Shown here in pieces: positions 11,244-19,161 of a stretch of DNA of 32,000 nucleotides. The stretch covers positions 720,001 through 752,000 of the forward strand of contig OZ007020.1 of NCBI GenBank assembly GCA_963931495.1, in the 5' to 3' direction. A program made the position numbers and the translations under genes. Position 1 is the stretch's first letter. Each line of letters opens with the position of its first letter. The notes under the pieces were generated by a model. The model was not told where the DNA came from. It was given only the letters and a program-made list of their open reading frames with translations, and did no database searches. This DNA is from an uncultured Alphaproteobacteria bacterium (lineage in GTDB: Bacteria > Pseudomonadota > Alphaproteobacteria > Rs-D84).

Positions 11244-12292
11244 TCTGCGTTACCCTTTTTGAATAATAAACAGCAATCCCCGTACGAGAAAAAGCGATAT
11301 TTTTCCGCCACAGCGTGCGCGTATGCAGTCTTCATTTCATCCAGTCCAGAAAACGCCGACACCAACATAAACAGTGTTGATTTTGGCAAATGAAAATTCG
11401 TCAGCAACACGTCAACTGCGCGAAATTTATATCCCGGCGTAATAAAGATACTGGTGCTGCGACAAATTGGGGCAACGCGCGCATAACGTTTGCCATCTGG
11501 CAATTTACTGTTGTCTGTTGCCGCACTTTCCAGTGTGCGCATTGATGTTGTTCCAACCGCGATTACGCGTTTTGCCGCGTTTATTATATCGGCCTGGCTG
11601 GGCGTTATACAACACCATTCACTGTGCATTTTATGTTCGTCCAGATTTTCTGTCTTTACCGGCATCCACGTACCCGCACCAACATGCAATGTTATCTTTA
11701 CCACCCGGGCACCACGGCGTTCAATTTCATCCATCAGTTCTGGTGTAAAGTGCAACCCCGCAGTCGGGGCCGCCATTGACCCCAGTGGTTCGGCATATAC
11801 CGTTTGGTACCGTTCACGATCCGCAGTTTCGGCGTCGCGCTTCATATACGGTGGCAATGGCATTTTTCCCACGCGGTCCAGAACAGCAAACAAATCATCA
11901 CATAAAAATTCCATTTTCAAACCGCTGTCCACGCGCCGCGATACAATTTTGATTTGGGTGCCATCTTCCATGGTAATGATATCCCCAACATGCAGACGAT
12001 TAAATTTCTTGCACAGCCCCCACCATAAATTATTCTTTAACGCCGTATGCAATGTTATTTCATACACCCGACCATTTGCATCAGTCGCATTAAAACGCGC
12101 CGGAATTACACGCGAGTTATTAAACACCACGACGTCACCCGGTTGCAGATAATCCACAAAATCCCGAATGTGTTTATCGGCCAAAGTATTCCCATTTACC
12201 ACCAACATGCGTGATGCGTCGCGTTGTTGCAGTGGGTGCGACGCAATCAATTCAGGCGGCAATTCAAAATCAAAATCGGATGTGTGCAACAT
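11240..12292 (-). CDS. queA: S-adenosylmethionine:tRNA ribosyltransferase-isomerase
   Basis: 350 aa. N-terminus FDFELPPELIASHP, then RMLVV, PLPPYMKR, YQTVYA, AAPTAGLHFT and VGTTSMRTLES. Confidence 0.95.
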
Positions 12293-12294
12293 TG

Positions 12295-12705
12295 TTATTT
12301 TGTCTTTTGCATTTTTTGCATAATACTGTCGCGAACGGCCATCTGTTTTATGTACGACAACTGTTTGCCATTTATGTAATAAATCCGGGAACGTGCGCCA
12401 TATTTATCCAGTATGTGAGCATTCCATATAAGTTTGCGCGAATCCAGGGCGGAATTAAAATTCAGCGTGTCGCCAACCTTGATAACATTATAATATTCCA
12501 TAACATCTGGATATTTTTCATCAAATTGCATGATACGTACTTGGTTGTCGTGCGTCGCCGACGGTTTCAAATAACGAAATGCGATGTTGTTATCACCCTT
12601 GGCCACAACGACATATTCGGTTAAATCCACATAGGGCGCATTACATCCCATCAAAAATGGCACACCAGATGCAACCGTCATAAGTATTTTGTTTTTTACT
12701 TTCAT
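12295..12705 (-). CDS. Hypothetical lipoprotein
   Basis: 136 aa with a signal peptide and lipobox (VPFLMGC). Its start overlaps the era stop (ATGA). Confidence 0.55.
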   Translation of the reverse strand: MKVKNKILMTVASGVPFLMGCNAPYVDLTEYVVVAKGDNNIAFRYLKPSATHDNQVRIMQFDEKYPDVMEYYNVIKVGDTLNFNSALDSRKLIWNAHILDKYGARSRIYYINGKQLSYIKQMAVRDSIMQKMQKTK

Positions 12706-13595
12706 TTTTTGAATTCTAATCCTTGGTCTTCGTAATTTTCAGATACATCTTCCCAATTTGGTTCAACACGTACAAACAGATGCAGACGCGCATTTACACC
12801 CCATTGGTCTTGAATATCATGGCGGGCGGCGGTGCCGATTTTCTTTAACTGTGCGCCCGCGCGCCCGATTACTATCTTTTTGTGCGCATCACTGCGCACA
12901 GCGATTTTTTGATATATATCCAGAACACCGTCGTCGTCAACATCCACTTGTTCTGTTACGACGTTGATGTGATACGGCAATTCTTGGTGAATATATTTAT
13001 AAATCTTTTCACGCGTTAATTCCGCCAGATATAATTTATCCGGCACGTCTGTTGCGTCGTGCGCATCAAACAAGTATGGCCCCACCGGCATAACGTCCGC
13101 CAACGCGCGTAACATTTCATCCACACCGTCGTTTTTCAGCGCGGAAATCATAAATATATCGCGCGGGTGCGCCAATTCATTTATTTCGGCGGTTAATGGC
13201 AATAATTCGGGCTTGGGTACGGAATCAACCTTGTTCAATGCAACAAACAGATTTTTATGGTCGCGTATTTTTTCAACCAATCCGCGCACCGTATCGGTAA
13301 TACCCTTTTGTGCATCAATCACCAACAATATGGCATCTGCATCAGATGTCGCATCCATTGCCGCGCCAACCATTGCCCGATCCAATCGGCGCGACGGACG
13401 AAAAATTCCGGGCGTATCAACAAATATCAATTGCCGATTACCCACCATTTTAACCGCGCGCAGGTTTGTTCGTGTCGTTTGCACTTTGTGCGAAACGATG
13501 GATACTTTGCGTCCCATAATTTGATTAATCAGGGTGCTTTTCCCCGCGTTTGTTGGCCCAACAATGGCCACAAATCCAGAATATGTCTTTTCCAT
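12702..13595 (-). CDS. era: GTPase Era
   Basis: Start re-picked at MEKTYSGFVAIVGPTNAGKSTL (G1). DTPG (G3), NKVD (G4) and a C-terminal KH domain are present. The track ORF's extra 70 N-terminal residues are rejected. Confidence 0.93.
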   Translation of the reverse strand: MEKTYSGFVAIVGPTNAGKSTLINQIMGRKVSIVSHKVQTTRTNLRAVKMVGNRQLIFVDTPGIFRPSRRLDRAMVGAAMDATSDADAILLVIDAQKGITDTVRGLVEKIRDHKNLFVALNKVDSVPKPELLPLTAEINELAHPRDIFMISALKNDGVDEMLRALADVMPVGPYLFDAHDATDVPDKLYLAELTREKIYKYIHQELPYHINVVTEQVDVDDDGVLDIYQKIAVRSDAHKKIVIGRAGAQLKKIGTAARHDIQDQWGVNARLHLFVRVEPNWEDVSENYEDQGLEFKK

Positions 13596-13698
13596 ACACG
13601 ATACAATAGCACACCAAATGTAAAAGTGAATAAAAATCTTGCAAACGTGTGATTGTATTGTAGAATCCACGACGGAGAGGCACCATAAAGGATTCATT

Positions 13699-14421
13699 AT
13701 GCAACTGACCGGGCCCGAAATTATGCGACGCATGCAAATGCCGAACCCCAGCAATCCACAAAACAAGCCTGATATAATTATTACACCATTTGATAAAAAA
13801 TGCATGGGCAGTAACAGTTATGACCTGCATCTGGGGGATGTGTTGAAAGTGTATAAATCAACACTGCCGCATGGAATGCGACCGGCAATTGAATATCGCG
13901 GCGCCCCAGAATTACACAATATCCAAGACTGGTTTGAACACGTGGCGTATTACATAGATTATATAAACAGTCCGTTAAAATACAACCCAATGAATCCACA
14001 GTATTTGTTGGATCCGTGCAGTGAAAAATCACATGAAACAATTGATATTAAAATCCCAGAATCTGGGTTAATACTGTCACCAAATGTCGGATATTTGGGG
14101 CACACGGTTGAATATACTGAAACATATAATTTATTTCCGTACATTGATGGGAAATCGTCTGTGGGGCGAAATTTTATACTGAATCACCACACGGCTGGAC
14201 GTGGTGACGACGGATTTTGTGGTCAATGGACACTGGAAATCAAAACGCTGTATCCAACAGTCGTATATCCCAACATGCGCATTGGCCAAATTTATTACGA
14301 AGAATTTACCGGTGCACGCAAACCATACAATGAAAATCGTACCAGTCACTATAACGGCCAAATGGGTCCGACGGCCGCAGCGATAATTCCAATTGAACGT
14401 ATACTGGAAAAACAAAAATAA
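13699..14421 (+). CDS. dcd: dCTP deaminase / dUTPase-superfamily protein (long form, 240 aa)
   Basis: Start at MQLTGPEI, with an AAAGGA Shine-Dalgarno 6 nt upstream. Motifs SYDLHLG, GKSSVGRNF, TAGRGDDGFCGQWTLEI and PNMRIGQI match the dCTP deaminase fold. Confidence 0.75.
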   Translation: MQLTGPEIMRRMQMPNPSNPQNKPDIIITPFDKKCMGSNSYDLHLGDVLKVYKSTLPHGMRPAIEYRGAPELHNIQDWFEHVAYYIDYINSPLKYNPMNPQYLLDPCSEKSHETIDIKIPESGLILSPNVGYLGHTVEYTETYNLFPYIDGKSSVGRNFILNHHTAGRGDDGFCGQWTLEIKTLYPTVVYPNMRIGQIYYEEFTGARKPYNENRTSHYNGQMGPTAAAIIPIERILEKQK

Positions 14422-14449
14422 AAAACGGCATTTCGCCGTTTTTTATTTT
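14422..14449. terminator. Bidirectional terminator between dcd and bamD
   Basis: Hairpin AAACGGC (14423-14429) / GCCGTTT (14435-14441), flanked by an A-run and a T-run. Sits between convergent genes. Confidence 0.5.
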
Positions 14450-15207
14450 TCGGAACCAGATTCAAAGTCTGATGGACGCGAATCCAGTTTTTTTGTCCAT
14501 TCGTTATCTGGGAAATTCAACCGCAGCATTTCCGCATATCCATACGCCTGTTCTGGCAATCCGATTGCCGTATAGCATTCTGTCAGGCGATACAACGCTT
14601 CGGGTGTCATGACGGTTTCTTGGGCATCGGTCACAACCGATTGCAAGCGCGCAATCGCACTGGGCCAATTTTGTTTCGCCATATCAGAACGTGCAGAATA
14701 CATGATTTTGCCCGCGATATAATTTTTCAAAATCATGATTTTATTTTCGGCGTTCTTTGCATATTCAGATCGCGGAAAACGTTCCACCAGTTGTTGAAAT
14801 TGTTGCAATGCGTATGCCGACATCCCCGGTTCGCGACGTACATCACTGACCTGGCGATAATAGCACATTCCACGCAGGTACAACATATATGGCACATCAC
14901 GATGACCCGGATGAAAACGCATAAATCGGTCAGCGGTTAAAATTGCCCCAGCAAAGTCACCATCCATATATTGTGAATATGCCGCCATAACCAACGCGTC
15001 TGCGGCCCATTGACTGGCCGGATATTGGGATTCCGCCTGTAAAAATTCTGTGGCGGCCGTTTCATAGTTTTCGTCATTAAATTCTGCATATGCAGATTCA
15101 TAAATGTCCGCCAACGGACGATCGGCGACAATTTCGTTATCTGTGCCGGCGCACCCAGACAACAGCCCGATTATCGCCAGCGCAAAAAATATTTTTTTTG
15201 TGTGCAT
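14443..15207 (-). CDS. bamD: Outer membrane protein assembly factor BamD (TPR lipoprotein)
   Basis: Start re-picked at MHTKKIFFALAIIGLLSGC (lipobox). TPR-like repeats typical of YfiO/BamD. The track ORF's extra 172 N-terminal residues overlap murJ antisense and are rejected. Confidence 0.85.
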   Translation of the reverse strand: MHTKKIFFALAIIGLLSGCAGTDNEIVADRPLADIYESAYAEFNDENYETAATEFLQAESQYPASQWAADALVMAAYSQYMDGDFAGAILTADRFMRFHPGHRDVPYMLYLRGMCYYRQVSDVRREPGMSAYALQQFQQLVERFPRSEYAKNAENKIMILKNYIAGKIMYSARSDMAKQNWPSAIARLQSVVTDAQETVMTPEALYRLTECYTAIGLPEQAYGYAEMLRLNFPDNEWTKKLDSRPSDFESGSEK

Positions 15208-15235
15208 ATTCCTGCCTTGATTTTGTTTTATATTC

Positions 15236-16714
15236 GTGAGTATAATCCAAACCATGAAACTAGGCAAACATATTTTCGGGGTCGGATTAATGACGGGCAT
15301 CAGTCGCCTGTTTGGATTTATACGCGACCTGTTGGTGGCGCATGTTTTTGGCGCGGGGCGTCTGTCTGACGTATTTTTGGCGGCGTTCAAGTTACCTAAT
15401 CTGTTCCGCGATTTATTGGGCGAAGGTGCACTGTCTTCTATATTCATCCCGATGTATACCAGCAAAAACAAAGACGAAAATTTTGCAAAGAATGTTTTTT
15501 CGTGGCTGATGGTCGTATTGCTGTTCATCACGATTCTGTTTGAAATATTTATGCCACTGGTCGTATGGATTCTGGCGCCGGGCTTTGCCGATGACCCGGG
15601 TAAAATGGACCTGACGGTCATAATTTCGCGAATTATGTTCTGGTACGTTGTGTTTATATGTGGTTCTGCGTTTTTATCGGCAATATTAAATGCGTTTTCA
15701 CGATTCTTGCTGGTTGCGTTCATGCCGGTGTTATTGAACGTTATGCTGATATGTGTGCTGTTGGTGGCATCACTGTTTGCACCAGAAACAGTATTGTATA
15801 TAATGGCGTTTACCGTCGTATTGGCCGGTGTTGTGCAATTTGCGATTCTGTGGCACAGAATACGTCGGAATCACTTTGGATTACGCTTGATTGTACCACG
15901 GTGGACCCCGGCAATTAAAAGCATGTTCAAACGGCTGGGTATCAGTATTATTGGCAATGGATTTTATCAAATAACAATCATTATCGGGACATTGGTTGCC
16001 AGTTTCCAAAGTGGTGCCGTATCATGGTTGTATTATTCTGACCGTATGATTCAATTTCCATTTGCACTGATTGGGTTGTCTGTTGGAACAGTGCTGATGT
16101 CATCCATTTCCAACGCAATGGCCGAAAAAAATATGCGCAGTGTGTATATCCAACAAAACGCATCTATGCGTCAATCAATGATGCTGATTATACCGTGTGT
16201 TGTTGGGTTGTTTGTGATGGCTGAACCAATAATCCAGTACTTGTTTGAATACGGCGCATGGACACACGAATCAACACATGCCGTTGCGTTGGCCATGATG
16301 ATACAAGTATTCGCATTGCCCGCGATGATGATAAGTCAGATATACAGCAAAACGCTGTACGCCAGCCAAGATGTTCGTACCCCTGTAAAAACCAGCATAA
16401 TTTCACTGGCGGTGGCAATGGCAATATATCTGGGGGCATTCCATTTTGTTGGATACTTGGCCATACCAATTGGCGTCGTGGTCAGTGGTTATTTGAAAAA
16501 TTATCTGTTGATGCGTGCATGTCGCCGACGGAACTTGATACACACAGAACGCCGCACGATACTGGCCATTGCCGCATTCAGTGGGCTGGCCGTCATAATG
16601 GGCGTTGGATTGCGGATGGTGCCGGTCACAGGATTGCTGTCAATGCTGTTTACAATCGGCGGATTCGCAGTGATATATTTGCCGTTGGCGTATCTGATAA
16701 ATAAAAAAATATAG
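15236..16714 (+). CDS. murJ: Lipid II flippase MurJ
   Basis: 492 aa and polytopic. N-terminal signature GISRLFGFIRDLLVAHVFGAG. The GTG start at 15236 and an ATG at 15254 are both possible. Confidence 0.9.
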   Translation: MSIIQTMKLGKHIFGVGLMTGISRLFGFIRDLLVAHVFGAGRLSDVFLAAFKLPNLFRDLLGEGALSSIFIPMYTSKNKDENFAKNVFSWLMVVLLFITILFEIFMPLVVWILAPGFADDPGKMDLTVIISRIMFWYVVFICGSAFLSAILNAFSRFLLVAFMPVLLNVMLICVLLVASLFAPETVLYIMAFTVVLAGVVQFAILWHRIRRNHFGLRLIVPRWTPAIKSMFKRLGISIIGNGFYQITIIIGTLVASFQSGAVSWLYYSDRMIQFPFALIGLSVGTVLMSSISNAMAEKNMRSVYIQQNASMRQSMMLIIPCVVGLFVMAEPIIQYLFEYGAWTHESTHAVALAMMIQVFALPAMMISQIYSKTLYASQDVRTPVKTSIISLAVAMAIYLGAFHFVGYLAIPIGVVVSGYLKNYLLMRACRRRNLIHTERRTILAIAAFSGLAVIMGVGLRMVPVTGLLSMLFTIGGFAVIYLPLAYLINKKI

Positions 16715-16782
16715 TCAAAATAAAGTTGAAAGTGGCCTTTTTATATGATAAAATGTACATCAAGAATGTAAGGAGTCCCACA

Positions 16783-17703
16783 ATGAAGAAAGTTTTATCT
16801 TTGGCCGTTCTGGCGGCGGTTATGGCCGGCTGTACGGATTTAAGCACAACAGATACCAGTTCTGTTAACGGATATGCTGCCGATGGATTTGGCGAAGAAA
16901 CATTGGTAACATCTGATGAATCACTGAATAACACATACTTGTTGGCGCCAGCCCCAAAATATTATGTGGGCAGTGCGTACAAGGTTGAAGATGTCCAATA
17001 CATCCCCGTAGAAGATTTAACATACAACCAGACTGGTATTGCCGGAATTATCCCCGCCGAACTGGACGGAACAAAAACCAGCAATGGCGAAGTGTTCAGT
17101 ATGGACCAAATGGTCGCAACCAGCAAGACGTTGCCATTACCAACAATCGCACGCGTTACGAATTTGGACAATGGGCAATCTGTGGTTGTACGTGTAAATA
17201 ACCGTGGACCATTTGTTAATACCCGCATAATGGATCTGTCCCCGGCGGCGGCCCAGCGTATTGGTATGACGGGCCAAACCAAGGTCCAAGTCCAAGTAAT
17301 GGCCGACGAATCAATTGCTGTTAAGAATGCAACAATTGGCACAACGCCGGTCGCAACACAACCAACCCAGAATGTTGCACAACCGGTACAAACTGTTGAA
17401 ACAACGGTTGTCACGACAACAACCGCACCCGGCGTTACAACAACTGCGCCGGCGGCCACCAGTGGCGAATACAGCGTTCAATTGGCGGCATTTTATGCCC
17501 AAGACAGCGCGGATGCATTGGCCAACAGAATGAGCAAGTATGGTAACGCCACCGTTGTTTACGAAGGTGATATGTATAAAGTACGAATTGTAAATCTGGA
17601 CGCATCCCAGGCACGCAGTGTTATTGATGCCCTGCGCACGAACGAAGGGATGGCCCCGGGATTGCTGCGTAATGGCAAATGGATAAATCCAGACAGCATT
17701 TAA
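16783..17703 (+). CDS. rlpA: Septal-ring lytic transglycosylase RlpA family lipoprotein with a C-terminal SPOR domain
   Basis: Start at MKKVLSLAVLAAVMAGC (lipobox), with an AAGGAG Shine-Dalgarno. DPBB core (TSNGEVF..TIARVTNLDNGQSVVVRVNNRGPF), a Thr/Pro-rich linker, and a SPOR-like YSVQLAAF...YKVRI. Confidence 0.85.
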   Translation: MKKVLSLAVLAAVMAGCTDLSTTDTSSVNGYAADGFGEETLVTSDESLNNTYLLAPAPKYYVGSAYKVEDVQYIPVEDLTYNQTGIAGIIPAELDGTKTSNGEVFSMDQMVATSKTLPLPTIARVTNLDNGQSVVVRVNNRGPFVNTRIMDLSPAAAQRIGMTGQTKVQVQVMADESIAVKNATIGTTPVATQPTQNVAQPVQTVETTVVTTTTAPGVTTTAPAATSGEYSVQLAAFYAQDSADALANRMSKYGNATVVYEGDMYKVRIVNLDASQARSVIDALRTNEGMAPGLLRNGKWINPDSI

Positions 17704-17705
17704 TA

Positions 17706-17738
17706 AGAAAAACGCCCCATTTGGGGCGTTTGTTTTTT
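17706..17738. terminator. Bidirectional rho-independent terminator
   Basis: 8-bp stem AACGCCCC (17711-17718) / GGGGCGTT (17723-17730), with an A-run before and a T-run after. Sits between convergent rlpA and the Cys-rich operon. Confidence 0.7.
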
Positions 17739-17750
17739 AGTATATGCCCC

Positions 17751-18038
17751 CTATTCTGTTAATGGACATACAGATTCATACACGTATGTGCCAAATTCAT
17801 CTGTATATTCGGTGTTTAATGGTACAAACATCATACAATTCCCGGCGGGGCTTTCATCCAAACAACTGGTGACCGTACCGGCCGTGACATATCCTGTCGG
17901 ACATTCGGATGCAGAATCTGCCAATACGAAAGCATTATCAACCAATCGCATATATCCCGTCGGGCATGATGTTGATGGTTCGTTTGCATTAACTGTAAAC
18001 GGAAATATAAACAGTAATGATAAAAATATTCGTTTCAT
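17751..18038 (-). CDS. Small secreted cysteine-rich protein (CPTGY / GTYV module)
   Basis: Start re-picked at MKRIFLSLLFIFPFTVNA (signal peptide), with a GGGGGA Shine-Dalgarno. Two CPTGY motifs and the C-terminal block CMMFVP...DEFGTYVYESVC are shared with ORF 27570..28103. Confidence 0.65.
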   Translation of the reverse strand: MKRIFLSLLFIFPFTVNANEPSTSCPTGYMRLVDNAFVLADSASECPTGYVTAGTVTSCLDESPAGNCMMFVPLNTEYTDEFGTYVYESVCPLTE

Positions 18039-18055
18039 CTGTTCATCCCCCACAA

Positions 18056-18469
18056 TTACCCGATAATATTATTAAAGAACTTTTCCCAATATACCGAATA
18101 TCCGCACCTTTTCTCGCATTCTTCTGCGCATTCGTCACCAGAGTATGAACCGTTCCAAACCCATTTACTTTCAAAAGGACTTAATACTTTACAGTAGCAG
18201 CTGTTGTTCATATCGCCATTCGTATCAACATTCAAACTTTCTGTTACATCAAACATATACCTTGCGCACGCAGAAATCCCGGTTATAACCAACGAATTGC
18301 CCCCAGATGAACACCGACGCGACCACATATTGTCGCCATCATCAGTATTCAGGATGAATAGGCAGTTATTGGGCCGAAGCACACATTTTACAACGGCGTT
18401 GGCCGGCGCGATGTGGACAATGGCGCATAACGCCCCAATCATTCCAAATCGGATTAAATTATTTTTCAT
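18056..18469 (-). CDS. Secreted cysteine-rich protein (137 aa)
   Basis: Signal peptide MKNNLIRFGMIGALCAIVHIAPANA, with a GGGAG Shine-Dalgarno and many Cys residues. First gene after leader copy L1. Confidence 0.65.
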   Translation of the reverse strand: MKNNLIRFGMIGALCAIVHIAPANAVVKCVLRPNNCLFILNTDDGDNMWSRRCSSGGNSLVITGISACARYMFDVTESLNVDTNGDMNNSCYCKVLSPFESKWVWNGSYSGDECAEECEKRCGYSVYWEKFFNNIIG

Positions 18470-18499
18470 TTTTCTTACTCCCTGTGTTTTTGGTTAAAC

Positions 18500-18720
18500 A
18501 AAAAACCACCAATCTGTTGGTGGTCGGGATGTTAGAAAAATCATATACCTTGATGATCCTGTGGCTTTTAAGGACGCATGCCCTTTGTTGCATGAACCAC
18601 AGCATCCCGACCAGACGTCGGGACACGACACAATATGTGTCATAACGTTAACGATGTGTTTCACACACCGAAGGTATAAGGGATTTTCTAAGTCCCGAAC
18701 CCACAAACCATGCGGATTCA
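18500..18720 (-). promoter_or_regulatory. Structured 5' leader RNA copy L1 ending in an intrinsic terminator (candidate riboswitch/attenuator)
   Basis: Paralogous to 23395-23618 and 26990-27205. GAAA-loop hairpin at 18680-18696 and CATCGTTA at 18649-18656. The proximal arm (18617-18622) and the distal arm (18523-18531) both pair with the middle segment (18603-18611). Terminator CCACC/GGTGG plus T6 (A-run 18500-18505 on plus). Confidence 0.6.
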
Positions 18721-18725
18721 TTTTG

Positions 18726-18755
18726 AATATCACAGTCTTTTTATATTGGTATCAA
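18726..18755 (-). promoter_or_regulatory. Putative sigma70 promoter for leader L1
   Basis: On the minus strand, TTGATA-N17/18-TGATAT/GATATT, preceded by TG (extended -10). Confidence 0.35.
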
Positions 18756-18774
18756 TCAATTTTTTTACTATAAT
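18746..18774 (+). promoter_or_regulatory. Putative sigma70 promoter for smr (near-leaderless mRNA)
   Basis: TTGGTA (18746-18751) -N17- TATAAT (18769-18774). The ATG is at 18784 with no Shine-Dalgarno. Confidence 0.4.
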
Positions 18775-18783
18775 CATTACGTA

Positions 18784-19161
18784 ATGAAACATTTAACCGA
18801 TACAGATATTAAAAATATGCTTGGGGATGAATTCATTCCTGATAATAACGATGTGCGGCGCACTGTGCGTGGCGAATTGCACTTGGCGCGTCGTATACCC
18901 AAAACAACACATGTGCCCCAGCATCTGGTATTGGATCTGCATCACAATACCGAAGACCAGGCATGGGATAAAATTATGCGCGTTGCCACATCCGGCGCAC
19001 GCACCGCAACAATCATCACGGGGGCCAGTGGAATATTAAAAATAAAATTTCAACAATGGGCGCATGACAGTATCTTGGCGCCATATATCGTGTCTGTCAC
19101 ACCAATTAATAACGGCAGTTTCGCAGTAAAATTCAAAAAGAAATTAAAATCCGATTTTTAA
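18784..19161 (+). CDS. Smr (small MutS-related) domain protein
   Basis: 125 aa. LVLDLHHNTEDQAW ... TATIITGASGILK ... matches the Smr pattern LDLHG..x..A...G.....IIHGKG.G.L. Confidence 0.75.
   Translation: MKHLTDTDIKNMLGDEFIPDNNDVRRTVRGELHLARRIPKTTHVPQHLVLDLHHNTEDQAWDKIMRVATSGARTATIITGASGILKIKFQQWAHDSILAPYIVSVTPINNGSFAVKFKKKLKSDF

Noticed and set aside
18494-18733. Track ORFs that span the leader elements: 18494..18733 (minus), 23439..23624 (plus), 23453..23641 (minus), 23353..23553 (minus), and the in-frame upstream part of 26954..27619. Two of them end in similar peptides (..MIFLTSRPPTDWWFFV and ..LIFLTPRPPCADMVFFT).
   Set aside because: The peptide similarity is a by-product of nucleotide conservation. 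In L3 the same conserved GACCACC block is read in a different frame (QPPDHH). Substitutions between copies are compensatory for RNA helices rather than synonymous. The ORFs run through a hairpin plus T6 terminator and have no Shine-Dalgarno.
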